Below, in pieces: positions 43,579 to 59,684 of a DNA stretch of 64,000 nt (the first letter of the stretch is position 1; the number at the start of each line of letters is the position of its first letter). A model generated the notes under the pieces. That model worked only from the letters and a program-made list of their open reading frames with translations. It was not told the origin of the DNA and did not search any database. The DNA is from Adineta vaga (taxonomy: Eukaryota > Animalia > Rotifera), in contig CP075496.1 in NCBI GenBank assembly GCA_021613535.1, positions 10,540,001 to 10,604,000 of the forward strand, written 5' to 3'. Both the position numbers and the translations under genes were made by a program.

Positions 43579-44038
43579 CTATCGTGCACTTGCAACTTTT
43601 CTTGGTACAGCTAAATCTTGAATTTTTGATGATGCATGGTAATTCAGTGCACCACGTGATACAGGTCGAGGACAAGGTAATTCAAATTGATGCTCTTTAG
43701 GTAATGGAACTGGTTTTGCTAGATCACTAAGACGTTCAGAACAGTCAGCATTGACAGCAGCATGTGTGACACCAGAATATCTTGGATTACTATAATAACG
43801 ATTGAAACCTAGAATGAATCATTCGTTATTGAAATGAACTAAAGTAAAATATTTTACCATCGCGAATGGTCGTGTCTCGACGTATTTTTGGTTTTGATAA
43901 TAATTGAATTCGATTTGTTGGGTGATAATTTAATGTTGATAAAGATACAACACGATACGGTGATTTTTCAAATTCATGAGCTGTTCGTTTATCAGTGACT
44001 CTTGGTGAGAATGGGACAGCACCTGAAGATATCGGCAT
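43579..44038 (-). CDS. THEG-repeat (testicular haploid expressed / sperm microtubule-associated) small protein, 2 exons
   Basis: Three repeats: VSLSTLNYHPTNRIQLLSKPK, VTHAAVNADCSERLSDLAKP and VSRGALNYHASSKIQDLAVPR, matching the THEG repeat pattern. Confidence 0.75.
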
Positions 44039-44928
44039 TATTAAAATTCACTCGATGGCAAGCGAACAATAGTCGGAATATGAAAAACAAACAAGCAAAA
44101 AATGTAAAAACACACGCGTTTTTATAAGCATATGTTTGATTAGCATGTTTTGCTTTGAAGGGTCGGATAGATGCTCAAGAAAGAAGAAAAACATAACAAC
44201 TGTAACGATAACAGCTGTAAAAATGTGAAGTAGTTTACTTATATAAATTTTTCTCCCGAAAGCTGATCATTCCTGGATAGCAAAAGGAATCAATCGACGA
44301 CTTTGTTTACGTCAATTGTTATTTAACATATTCAAGAGAGAATAATGAAGACATTCATATATTTGTACTGAAAACTAAACCTTAGTAATCGATCTGTTCT
44401 ACAGTATTTGTTTATTTACTCTGATCAAATTGTAAAAACTATTTCCAAACGAAAAGTTGAAATATGTAACTACATCCATGTATTCTCATCGTCTATCATA
44501 TTTATCTCTATATGATACTAGTCGTGATATTATTTATAATAAATTTTTATTTTCAAAATAATTAAAATAAATTTTAATTCATGAATAAACAAAAAAAAGA
44601 ACTTTTTGAGCGTTGAATTACCAGTATTTACACTCACTGTGAACAGTATACTTTTAAAAGTAATATAGACTGAAATATTAAAAAAACAAAACTCATAAAA
44701 ATATCCATCTGATTTCTATGGTTTTCCTATTGGTCATATATGGTACAGAAAACATAAATATACATAACTTATAGATATTTACAATCTACATAATGCTTAA
44801 CGTTCAAATAGATAGGACTAGAGAAATAGAAAAAGATAAAGCTTCACTAAGGAATGTACCACAAAGAAAATAACTGTTCAAGAAGAGAAGAAGAAATACC
44901 AGCAAAAATAGAGAAATAAATAATAAGA

Positions 44929-47136
<2,208 letters not shown>

Positions 47137-47628
47137 GAGAAATTATCTACAGAAAAGAAGAAAAAAAACAAGCGATAGACATCAGTGCAATATTGATTAT
47201 ATGCATACACAAAATACGCAAAGAAATATATAAAAACTCATACTCAAATATGTTTCTTTTGAAAATTGAATGAATGCCCAGAGTAAAAGAAAACATATTA
47301 CAACTACACCCATATAGAGACAACTAAATATAACACAAGTACATAGTTACATGTTCAGATACAAGAAAAAAGAAATAGATGTGTTCACCGGGTGGAACAA
47401 AAATTCAAAATACAAATATTAATGAAAGGACGGTGACATGAATAATCTGCTTACAATAACTACTTGAACGGCTTTTTTTTACATAATTCCCTGTAATTTG
47501 TTCGATAAGGAAGAATAATTTTGTCTCGCTTCTGTTCTAATACATATTACTCTGATATGTTAATGGACAACAAATACAAAAAACAAAACAACACAAAATT
47601 TAGCACCGATAATATTAAAGATTTAGCT

Positions 47629-49614
47629 TTAATCTGAATTTGCTCCGTGATCAGCTTCAATGTATGCATTACGATTGGAATTGCGAATATTATGATGATG
47701 TCTTAAGAGTGGAACAGCAAGAGCATCAGCTGAATCGGATCGTGTAGTTCGCATCGCTATAGGTGGACTTGTCGTTGTTGGTTCTCTTCGTTTCACATTT
47801 CTTGATCGAAATAAAGTTCGTTTTGCTTTAATTGGTATTTCACCTGGACGAACAAATTGACCTTCATTTTGTTTATTTTCCAAATTCATTTTTGATGTAC
47901 GTGGTGGAATAGGTGGTGGTCGTTCTAAGAGTTGTGATTTAAGTTCAATTAAACATGGTTTCAATGGTGGTGAATAAAAATCTGATGTTATTATGACTGG
48001 AGATGGACTGTTACTAGTATTATTTCCATTGATAAAACGACGACCAACAGGTGGATTACGTAGTTTGATTGGACATGAGCCGGATGAACGACGTGTTGTG
48101 AACGGTATATCAGATGGAGACAATGATTTTGTAGAAGATAGGGAATGTCCTGAAATGAAATAGAACTTCATTTTAAGCATATTTTATAGGGATTTTTACT
48201 ATTGAGATTTTCATTATTATTTGATAATGAATATAAGAAATCATTGCCATTATGTTTCATCATAAATACAAACATTTTATGCACAAATAAATATTGTTTC
48301 TAGAAAAGGAAAATATTTCAAATGTAGCAAAAACCTATGATATATATATGTATGCACTTACGACTGTTTGAATTAAAGCGATACGAAATTGACGAATATG
48401 TGAGGCTATTTCATAAAGAGGATTTGTTTGATAAGTTTCACTAAGAAATAAACCCTATAGAAAGACAAGATATAAATAATTATGAAGACTTTTGTAAATT
48501 CTTACATCATCACGAATTAATAATCGACATAAATCAATTGCAATGATACTTCCAGTTCGACCGCAACCAGCACTATAAAATAAAGAACCATATTTTGCTC
48601 ATGTTATTTCATTTTCTCATCACCTGCAATGGACAAGTATAGGTGTTTCAGGTGAAAGATTTCGATCCTCGTATAATCTTAAGAGCATCTCATATATAGA
48701 TGCTTCATCATCCGGTACATCATGATCTAACCAATGTAAAAAATGATACAATAATATATGTCGTCGATTTTCTCCATGTGTAATGATTAATGGACGAATT
48801 GTGTAATATTCACAAGTAAATGCTTTCTCATTTGTTTCATCCTGAAACGATATTTGTTCGATAAAAAAACATGAATCGATTGATAAGATTAAACTACTTT
48901 GCTAACACGGTATGGTCCAAATTGAATTGATTTTTCGTCTTCTGGCCAATAACGACGGAATTTCAACTGAAACAAAAAACATATATTGAAAATAATAGAG
49001 AAATTCTTTGAACGTCAATATTTACTCGTCCAGCTTCAATTTCATTTGCTGTACATATAACAGATGTTATTTGAAATTCCCAAATCATCCGAAGAAAATC
49101 AGTTACTGAATCATCAATAGGGCCTTGAGCAGCAATATATCGACGAGTTCCATATATATCCTTTGAAAGCAAAGGAAATAATTTTAATAAAAATAGAAAA
49201 TTATTTCAAACAAATTCACTTCAATATATGAAGCATTGATATAATCAGATTCATTATCCATTTCTAATATCACTCGATATCTATCATCTTGAAAATAAAC
49301 ATAATACTTTAGTTTTTTAAAGAATATCCTTTACTTGAATTCAAACTTACATGGTAACACATCTTTATAACGATTTTTTAAACGATTTAATGGTTTTGTA
49401 CCTTCAATAGATGGATTTTGTTCTTTCGTTGTAATCATAATTCGTTGTAATTGCTAAACATAAATAACAATCATATTGTTATCAATCCAAGTCTCTTTCT
49501 TACAGCAAATTGCTGGCCAATTTCAGTCGATTCTGGTTCACGTGATTGTTCATATTCAACAATAAGTCGTTCCACTCGACTACAGATATCATCCGTTTCA
49601 ACATTTTTCGTCAT
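47629..49614 (-). CDS. Non-receptor protein tyrosine phosphatase, PTPN12/18/22 (PEST)-like
   Basis: KNRYKDVLP, DYINASYI, YIAAQGP, DFLRMIWE, WLDHDVP, VHCSAGCGRTG, RIALIQT and a Pro-rich C-terminal tail. Many short introns. Confidence 0.9.
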
Positions 49615-49672
49615 CTATCTACAAAAAAAAAACGCACACACAAACACACGTGTCAATAGTCTTTTTTCATAA

Positions 49673-50656
49673 TCATTCTTCTCGCATATCATGAACATAT
49701 GGATCAATTCCATTATTTCTCTCTCCATCTCTTTCGTTTACGACTCCTTTGATTTGTTGTTGTAAAAGTTTCGAAAGTTTTTGTATAACTTTTGGTTGAA
49801 TTAATTCATCAGTTTCATATATCGACGAGTTATCATAGATTTGCATTATACTCGTATCATAAATCGGTAAACCAAGACGATTCAATATTTGAATGCAATT
49901 ACTGAGACGAACAATGGTTTTCCGTACATCTAGACTGACAGCTTCAATATTTTTCACATAACCACCTGTATCAACAACATTATTATCAGCCGATGTAGAC
50001 ATTGATGGACATATCCATATTGCACCATTACAACCACGTATCACAGATGCACCACAAGGTAAACTATGAAAATGATTTTTTGTCCGTTTTACAAGTGATG
50101 AACGAACATGTACTAAAATTCCTTCACCTAATTTTCCATAACGTAAACTACGTGTTTGCAATTGTAAAGTACCATCTTGATAGATTTGTTGAACTTCAGC
50201 AGTAAATAAATCACCTTCCTATAAAATAACGAAAAATGAATTAATGAAAAGTTGTCTTCAATCAAAATTTACTTTTAAATATTGACGCATATTTCTTTCA
50301 TCATCTTCCATACGTCGTCGACTTTCTCCACCAGGTAAATTTACGGACGCTAGTGGTAAATAAGCATCTAAACGTGATTGTATATCAACAATCCAACGAG
50401 TTTGATCAACTTTAAGTACACGTCCAATAACAACATGACCAACATCACCTAAATAACGTGTATTCTCAACTGGTTCAACACATAACAATCGATCGACTTT
50501 ATTAACAATGCCAGCTACCGACGCTTTTAAATGAGATTTCGTTGAATCAAGATAAGTTCCATGACCTCGCATAAAATTTGATGTATCATGCGTTAAAATT
50601 GATCCAGGAACGACTAGTTGTTGAGCAATGGACGGATCTATTGTTGATGAAGCCAT
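49673..50656 (-). CDS. EXOSC2: Exosome complex component RRP4
   Basis: VVPG...FMRGHGTY, ASVAG.V.KV, RY.GDVGHVVIGR, SVNLPGGESRRR, TRSLRYGKL, GCNGAIWI. One intron. Confidence 0.97.
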
Positions 50657-51570
50657 TAAAGTATATGTCTAGTAAGATAATTAAATGAAATTCAATATTT
50701 GATCTAGGGAAAACGAAAGACAAGCTTGGGATCATAAAAACCGGAAAGAAAAGTCACACACTTCGCGTCGCCTTCAAAAAGAAATAAATAAACAAATGGG
50801 ATTTCATTGGTTAAAAAAAACTTGACAAGCGCATGATTATCTATTCATTAATTAATAATTATCAAAAGTTTATCTTATCGTTCGAAATGAATATCAAAAT
50901 GACAATCAAAATATCATGAAAATTTCTTCCGCATATCAACAAACAAATTGTTTGCTAACGACATCTATCCGAATTTTTGAATGAAATATAGTTAGTTAGC
51001 AATGCTGAACAACTCTCATAGATCATCATTCTTTGATAAATTTCAATAACCCTTCCGATACCAACTCATTTCGAACGATAATTACAAATTTCTCAACTTT
51101 TCAAAAATGATTGAGATCTTAATCCATTTGATATCTCTGTACCAATCTTTGGACTTTATATATATATATATACATACAAGGAAAAAATTCGAATTCTCCT
51201 GTGTTAGATGATGTGAAATTTAATGACGTTTTAAAACGTCATCAGTCCCGAGAAAGGGATAGAGATTCGAACTTTTGAAATTGAATATGATATTTTTTGT
51301 GTTATTTATATTTATATCCATCATTATATTTCATAAAACAATAAACATATACACATCAAGTATTTTGGCCAAGATATAAGTATTCATATAATTCAAATAG
51401 AGTAGAAGAAAAAACGCCAAGAGATTATTTCTTTCGAGCGATAGACAGAGAGAGAGAGACAGAAAACAAATTGTATTCGACAAATAAAAAATATATTTAT
51501 ATCATACAAGGCTTAGTTCCAAAAACAAGAAAAAAAAGGTCATATAAAAAATGCACGATGGAATGATTTT

Positions 51571-54500
51571 TTAAAAATGTTCCCGAGGGACAACTACATT
51601 TGCAATTGGTAAAGTTGAACGATTATTTAATGTTGAACCGTGAGCTGAAAGAAAAGAAAAATCTCGTTTTCTTTTTTATATTGATTGACAATAATTGACT
51701 TACAAATTGATCGTTTTTTAGGATGAGTTTTAGTTGCACGATTATTTGTTGTCGGAAGTAATGGTTCTTAAAAATATGAAATGAATCATTTACAAAGAGG
51801 CAAAAGAAAGTTTCGATATTTACCAAGTGGTGTCAATTCAGGAGAATCGGAATTTGTTCGACGAAGATCATTTGTTCGATTACGAGTTGCTGCTGGATCA
51901 TTAATTGTGACGGTTTTTTTCGGTTTTACAGGAGTTATTTCTAAACCATATATACTAGCTGCATTCTCTTTGGACACAATTAGATCACGTGGAACAGTGG
52001 ATCCTAGATATAAATACAGATAAATATTCTATTTTCGAGTTTTGTCTTATGAATGTATGTATATCTTACCCATATCTTCCATTAATTCTTTATGATGAAG
52101 ATTTGCTCGTCGTTGCGCAGCTTTTGCTGCAATGTCTTGTGTTTGTTTTCTTAATTTCGTTTTATTATTTACAGGATGATTCGATAAGTCATGTGGTGGT
52201 GGTATAATGTGAGTTTTTTGACGTGTTGAACTTGTTTCATTCTTATGAATAGGCATATCAACACTTTCGGAACTCATACTAACAAGCGAATTTCCTTTTG
52301 TTAATTGTTGTTTAGATGATTGATCAAAATTGAAATGTGAATATGAGATTGGTTTATTTTTTGTTGTTGATAAATCATGATTGCTTGTATCATTATTCAC
52401 ACGAGTAAAAAGATCTTGATCGGATAGAGTTCGATTTGGAGGTAATGTTGTTATGGATTGATTTCGTCGAGAATTATTTGATGGTAAATGAAAACTTGTA
52501 ACGGATGTTGATGCACTGGTTAAATCTTCTTCGGCTATTTGAGAAAGAAATGGTAAAGTTGATTTACCATTGGCACCGGCTATTGTACGTAATGAATGAG
52601 CTAGAAAATATTTAAATAATAGAAATATGGTACGAAGATCTCGCATACTCTTTAAATCTTGAATAAGTAATCCTTCGTCAATATCTCTTGAATACAATTG
52701 ATAAAGTTCTTCAAGATCTGCTGGAACTAGAATTTGATGTTCTAAAAAGACAAAAACGATATGATGTCAATCAAAATTTTCAAGTGTTATTTTCATTTTA
52801 CAAAAAATAACTTGAAGTGCAGTTTTGTACACTTCGTCATTGAAGTCAAGTATGTTTTTTTGTTGAATATTCCTACCTTGAATAAGTCGTCGTTGTTGAT
52901 AAATTAATGTATCACATAAACTTTTATGTTGACCCATACGTAATAATTGTAAATCTTTATTTCTTATCATATGTTCACGAGAAAAGATTTCGGCCTGTAA
53001 TTCAATTGTTTTCATTTCATATTCGAAATTTTGAGAAAGTAATTTCAGTAATTCACGTTGTTCAAGACTAGTCATTTTCTTAGTTACTTTCTAGAAAATT
53101 AAAAATTTATGTTTGTTTTGAACAAGTCTTATGAATATACTTCAAATAAACGACGCGCATCATTCTTGGCCGTTTCAAAATCTTTCAATTGAACTTTACG
53201 TTGCTTTTCTAATTTTAATCGTTCTTGTTCTAAAACACGTAATTCTGCACGTGCACGTTGGACACTACTATCAGTTATTGTTGTGTCAATTGTAGTATTA
53301 TCACTTGAAGGTTTTTTACTATTTCGTGGACTATTTTCTTTATTGGAATCATGACTAAAAGAATAAGAAGAAAGTAAATAAATAAATGATCATAGAAATA
53401 AATGAATTATTTACTGTTCAATAATTGCTTCATTTCGCATAGATTCATGTTTAAGATCCATCAATCCACTATCAATTTCTAATAGTGCACGTCGAGCTTC
53501 AATTTGTTTACGATATGCTTGAACAATACTTTCTTTTAATTTTAAACCTTCTTCAACGCGATAACGTTCATTAGTATTAGAATCTATGAAATACAACAAA
53601 ACAGAACTATTCAAAATCATTCATAACAAACACGAGATTACATACCACTAAGTCGACTAAATCGTGCTTCATTTGTTGTCATTAAACGCATTTCTAAGTC
53701 ATCTTTTTGTTCTCGTAATAATTGAGCTTGATTTCGTAGATCTTTAATTATCTGTTGATATTGTGCAATGTGATATGAAACATCAATTACATTTCGTCGT
53801 ATCTAAATCATTAGATCGAATGGTTTGAAGAAAAGATCAGTTGAAAACAAACTTTTGTTTTAATATATTTTGCTCGATCAGCATAATTTAATGTATTTCT
53901 TGATTCTTCAAAATGAACAGATGCAGGTGAAATATGTGCAATCATTACTGTACGAGAATTTCCTCCGAGAGAATCTTTTAAGATTCTTGTTAATTTACTA
54001 TCACGATAATTGACATATTTCGTACTTCCTTTTTCACCTAAATGATAATTTCGAATGAAGATTTTCTGATTTCAAAAAAAGCAATTTCAATATTTACTTA
54101 ACGCATTGATACAATTTCCTAGAGCGAGTAATGAACGATTGATATGGGCACCTAGAAGATAAACGAAAAGTTTATGGATTTTGTTCGATATTCTCTGGTT
54201 TTTCATTTTCTTTTTCAAATTAAAAAATTCGATATCGAACTTTCTTTTTTCTTCGTTTACATTCTCGTGTTATTTACCTAAAATAATTAACATTTCTAAG
54301 GTTTCAAAATAATTTTATACCTTCCATCATTCGTTTGCCCGTATTTTGAGTTTGTGCTGCTCGTTCTGATCCAGCCAAATCAATCATATAAAGTTTTGCT
54401 AGAAAAATTTCAAATGTTTATGTCAGAAGAAAAGTTTCTGATGTTTTTCTTTACCAAATTGAACTTGTTCAGTATGAGATCGTGTTACATCACGTTGTTT

Positions 54501-55416
54501 AATATTAACTTGAAGAACAGCATGCGATCTCGATGATGTTTTATTCGCTTTTGTTGGTTCTTGAGTTCGAGCACGATTACCTTTATGTAACATTTCCATA
54601 ACTTCTCGAGGAGTTTTAGCAATAACTTCACTAAGACCAGCAACTTGAATTGTACCTTTTGCATCTTCACGTAATTCAAGAAATGATGATGATGGAACAA
54701 GTAAATCACGAATAAGTTCATTATATATTTCTAAATAAGACATGGTCACTTGATATTCTCGTTGACCTTCATAATTTTTTATTTCAACAAATAGATCATC
54801 TAATGTTCGATACATAACACCAGGATTATTCTCTGTGCCTAACATGGTATAAGTTTTTCCCGCTCCTATATGAAAGTATTCTCATTTGACTGCTAAGTTC
54901 TGTTTGTACGATTTGTTACCTGTTGCACCATAGGCAAATACAGTTGCATTATAACCTTCTAAAACACTACTTAAAAGAATTTTTGCTGTAGCTGCATAGA
55001 CTTCTTGTTGTTCAGCACGAGCGTCTGAAACAACGTCAAACATATATTTGCGTTCACGAGATCGATTAGCGCGTAGAATATCATCATGATCTTCTTCAGG
55101 ATCAAGCAGAACAACCATCTATAAATACCAATCAAATTATCCAAATTTTATGATGAAGTAAACGGTTATACGTACGTTATCTTCAGATACTTTATGAGCT
55201 ATAATAGTACCACCCTGTAGAATTTCTTCTTCTGTCATTGGTCGAATACGACAGGCAACCTTGAGAAAAGAAAACAAAGCATGATTGAATTGATAGAAAG
55301 ACAAAGAAAAAAAGAAAATCAGAAGATAATCTATTTACCATAATTTGTTGTTCGCCAGTTGGTAGTAAAGGTAAAGGAGTTCCAGCAATAATATTATCTT
55401 TCAGTACGTTCGTCAT
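51571..55416 (-). CDS. KIF19: Kinesin-8 family motor KIF19-like
   Basis: [36 protein letters not shown]|[63 protein letters not shown]. Last exon ends at TAA 51573-51571. Confidence 0.93.
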
Positions 55417-55951
55417 TGTTCGTTTACTATCCTGTATCTAATATCATGTGTTGAAAAAAATTTTCATTCTAAAACAAAAGAAGATGAAGTCTAAGAATAC
55501 AAAACTTCTCACTTTTTCTGTTCTTTCATTTCTCAAAGTTTATCTCTAAGTGTTTGTCGACATGAATCAAATTTCTACGTTAAGTGGCAGTCAAACTTTC
55601 TATCTAACGAACAGATGAACGTTATATCATTGTTAATCAAATGAACATGGTTGGCATGAATTTCAAGTCGTTTTTCTTCTCATGCACGACCTATTGTTGC
55701 CGAGTCGTCTTCGCATTTGTTCGATTCGATTCAAAAAGAAAGAAGAAAAAAAAACGGTAAAGAAAGAGAGCGAGAACTCTTTTCTTTTTTTACAGTACTA
55801 GCCAATATCTTCGTGGAAAAGCAATGAAATCAACAAAAAGAAAGAATGAAAAGGATGGAAAAAAGATTTGCATTTTGCGATACACCATCGACGTCTTCTT
55901 CTTTTTTCAAATACTAGAGTCATATTGCTGTTACAACGTTGAGATCGGAAC

Positions 55952-55975
55952 GAAGAAGAAGAAGAAGAAGAAGAA
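55952..55975 (+). repeat. (GAA)n microsatellite
   Basis: About 8 tandem GAA units read directly, in intergenic DNA. Confidence 0.9.
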
Positions 55976-57205
55976 GAGAAAAGAAAGAATTTCATCGTGC
56001 GTGCGTGTGTGTTTATTGTCACCTTCAGGTCGCTGTTGGTTGATGTCGACAACGTTATAAGAATACTAGAGAGGAAAAAAAACGAGAAGGAGAGAGAATG
56101 AAGTCTGATCGTGTAGCAACAACAGTGATTTTGATTAAACTTTTGAATTCGTAACAAATAGAACTAGATTTCTAAGGTTTCTCACTCGTTATGTTTCATT
56201 GGTACGTGTCATACGTATCTTTCTTCTCTAAGAGAAACAGGTGAAAATCATACTTGAGAAAACGATCGAAAGAAAACAACTACATAGGAAAAAATTACTC
56301 AACTTTACATACAATCAACGTACAACTCTCCACTTATTTTTCGATGATGTTTTCTTAGCATTTTTCATTTTCTTCTCTTTCTTCACAATGGCCTGTAATT
56401 CATTGCAATATGAGTGAATTGTATATTTTACAGAAAACTTATGAGCAAAAAAAAACTCAATTTCTATGATGTTTGTGATGAATAGAAGAAGAAAAAAGAA
56501 AGCCTAATAAAATTTCTCTCTTGTCAACAGATCTTTGATGACCGAACGTTCGTGGGAATATGTATATATATAGACTTAATTAGAAATAACTTTTAAACGT
56601 TAAGGACAAATAAAGTTTTTTTCTGAAAAAGATTTTCATTATACTGAAACATAGAATGCAGTTTCATGATTAAGTTTACCTGTCAAAATATGTCAATTTC
56701 ACTTATATTTGATCTACAAACCCATGTTAAACAAGAATATTAAAAAATACTACTATTGAACAAAATCTCAAATGACATGTACCAAGATTCTTTCATAATA
56801 TATTTCTTTTTTTTATTACAAAATCACTTCAAAAGACAGACACTCCGAGAATTCTTCAATTTTTCTCGATAAATCTCATGATTATAATCGAACCAATGAA
56901 CAAAACAAATTTAATTGAGTTAATTCAATTCTATAAATAGTAAAAGTGTTCTTTCCGTTCTGTTTGCAAGAAAAACTTATTTGTTTTTGTTATAATAACT
57001 TTCACCTCCAGTAAAAACTATGCTTTTCACATAAACAAACCAAATCATAATCATATTTGAAACGAACAAAAGCAATTCTCGGTCTTTTTTATTCAATTAC
57101 TTTCGAATCAATTTATTTTTTTCTACGTTGATAAGAACAAATAACAAGAAACAAATAGAGATATAACTAATCTACATGAAATCATAGAAGAATATGAATT
57201 TGTTT

Positions 57206-57726
57206 TTAAAGATTTGATCGATATTCAACTCTACCAAGTATAGTTGTATAAGAGACTGGACGAGGTGGAATAGGCGGAGGTTTATTTGGAACATGAAGAA
57301 TTGGACTTGATGAAAATTGATTTTCTTGTATTTTTCGTGGTTCAATAAAATTATCAACAGTCATTGGCAATGAATGTCGTCGATGAACATGATGAACACG
57401 ATTACACCAAAACCAAATACCCGTACCAACAAGAACGATAAGAAAAACCAAAGCTAATGCAGATAAGATAATTATATTCCAATTGAAATTCCAAGCAAAA
57501 GCGTGATTTTGTGATGAAGTTGAAAACAATGAAATTATTGATGATTCATTAGTAAAACTTAAAAGATAATTCAATTAGATAGATATGTTCATCGTTTAAT
57601 TTTAACATACTTTGCATTATTATCATCAAATATTACCGCTGGAATGAAAGCATCAATTGTATTGTTAGAAACATTGATTTGAATTGTTGTCATTGCTTTT
57701 TTCGATTTCAAATGTGATATGTTCAT
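57206..57726 (-). CDS. Small single-pass membrane protein with Pro-rich cytoplasmic tail (2 exons)
   Basis: Removing intron 57558-57610 joins an N-terminus carrying N-glycosylation sequons to TM IIILSALALVFLIVLVGTGIWFWC and a PNKPPPIPPRPVSY tail. Confidence 0.65.
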
Positions 57727-58012
57727 CGACAAATTTAAATTAACGAACTAACATTATTTTTCTCTTTCTCTATTTTTGTTTTCAAATACACGTGGTGAAC
57801 ATAGGAGAATTAAATTAACACGTATCTCTTTTTTTATTATATCTATCGATGTATATGTATATCATCAACATTAATGTTTACAATTGAAAACATAAATAAA
57901 CGAAAAGAGGAAAAAATATAACAAAAAAGAAACCAAAAATATATCGCTGAATTAATGCATGTTGCTGGAATAATAAACTAAAGCTTTAATAGAAGTGACT
58001 ATATGTTGAATT

Positions 58013-59466
58013 TTAACTGACAATATTCTGTTGAATTTTATAATAAAATGCACGTGCAGCATTGAAACGATTGTTATAACATTTATCTAATTCAACAAAT
58101 AATGCATCACGAGCATCATTATCATTAAGTCCAACCAACAATGTTTCATATAATTGTTGAAATTTATCTTCTCCTAGAGGTTTAAAACGATTTTTATGCA
58201 GACGTAATGCATTGAAACAAGACCAAAGATGTTCTTTAATTGATTGCCATACTTGTGTGATAATTTCATTATCACTTTCATGACCAATCATGGCTAAATA
58301 AATATCGATGATTCTTATTTTTTTAATCGAATAGAAAAAAGAAATTTTACCAATAAAAACATCTTCACTAAATGGTGAATGTGGAATATCCATAAAAATG
58401 CCAAGTAACTTTTCAAGTTTTGTCTTTTGACCAAATGCACAACCAAAATCAATATGAAGAATTTTACCATCATCCGTAATCATTATATTATCGTCTAAAA
58501 ATAGATTTGATATATATATGAATTTCTTATATATATATCTTACCATGACGATCAGCTAATTTTAAAACAATTCCCGATATGACGAAACCAAGAAATGTTC
58601 GTAATAAATTTCCTTTTCGTTCTGGTGATTTTTCAATAAAAGATTTCAATGCATCTGTCGATGTTGAATCTTTATTTTCAACAGCAGTTTTAAATTCAAT
58701 AAATGGATGAGCATTTTCCACACATTCAATAAGTCCTTCGTTTTGATCGACTGGTAAAACCTGACAAAAGAAAACAACATGAGAATTCTATTACATTAAT
58801 ATCATCTGTTTTTACTTCATATAAAACAACTTCAGCACTGACATTTTCTTCTTTGAAGATTTCATTCATTTCTTTCATTACAGCAACACACATCGCATCT
58901 TGTAATAAATCATCACCATGTTTATAGATGCATCTAAATCAAATCCATTAGAATTTTCAGAGATAGAAATAAAAAATAAAAGGTAAATCTTACACTTTTG
59001 TATTACCATCTTCATCAACAGCTGTAAATTTTAATGGTTTTCCTTTTGATGGTATAAATGATCCATCGCGTAATTCTGTAACAAGAAAATGTGGTGATGT
59101 TGGTAATAGAAATGGAACAGGTATTTGTGTTAAATCAGGTGTTTTACTATCAGCAGCTTTTGTCATGGTAGAGATTTTTTCAATTGCATCACGAGCAATA
59201 AATATACGTGCATTATTATCTAATACATGTTGACAAACTTTTCCATGTTTATGATAATGACAAGACCAATAGAGACGACTACAATCAGCATCAGTAAGTA
59301 TACCTAATGCTTGAATTAATGCTCGATCGGAATGTTCAAATAATGCCCAAAGAAAGAATGGATCATGAACATTGACAATATTTGTTGGTTCATTATCATT
59401 TTCATCTTCTTTCGATTTTACTTCCTCAACATTATGAATTGGTACATTCAGATCAAGATCGCACAT
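58013..59466 (-). CDS. Minimal PI3K/PI4K-superfamily kinase (~410 aa, 5 exons)
   Basis: Spliced exons total 1233 nt and give SKGKPLKF, IYKHGDDLLQD, GLIECV, LKLADRHDDNIMI and LHIDFG. Confidence 0.88.
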
Positions 59467-59684
59467 GATTGGTTGACTGAAATTACAACAAATCTAATTT
59501 GAAAAGAAAATAATATGACAAAGAATAATTTTATTAAGAAGAATTTTGTTTTATTTCAAACAAAAATATTATGTTACTGACAATTAACAACAATTTTATC
59601 ACACGAAACGAATTCTATTAAGCTGTAAGTTTATTTCTTGCTTAGGTATATATGCGGAAAAAAAGGAGAAAAATGTTCTTTTTT

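Noticed and set aside
55420-57200. RFX X-box motifs or a hidden gene upstream of KIF19
   Set aside because: Only half-site-like matches were seen. The ORFs here arise from GAA/AG low-complexity sequence.
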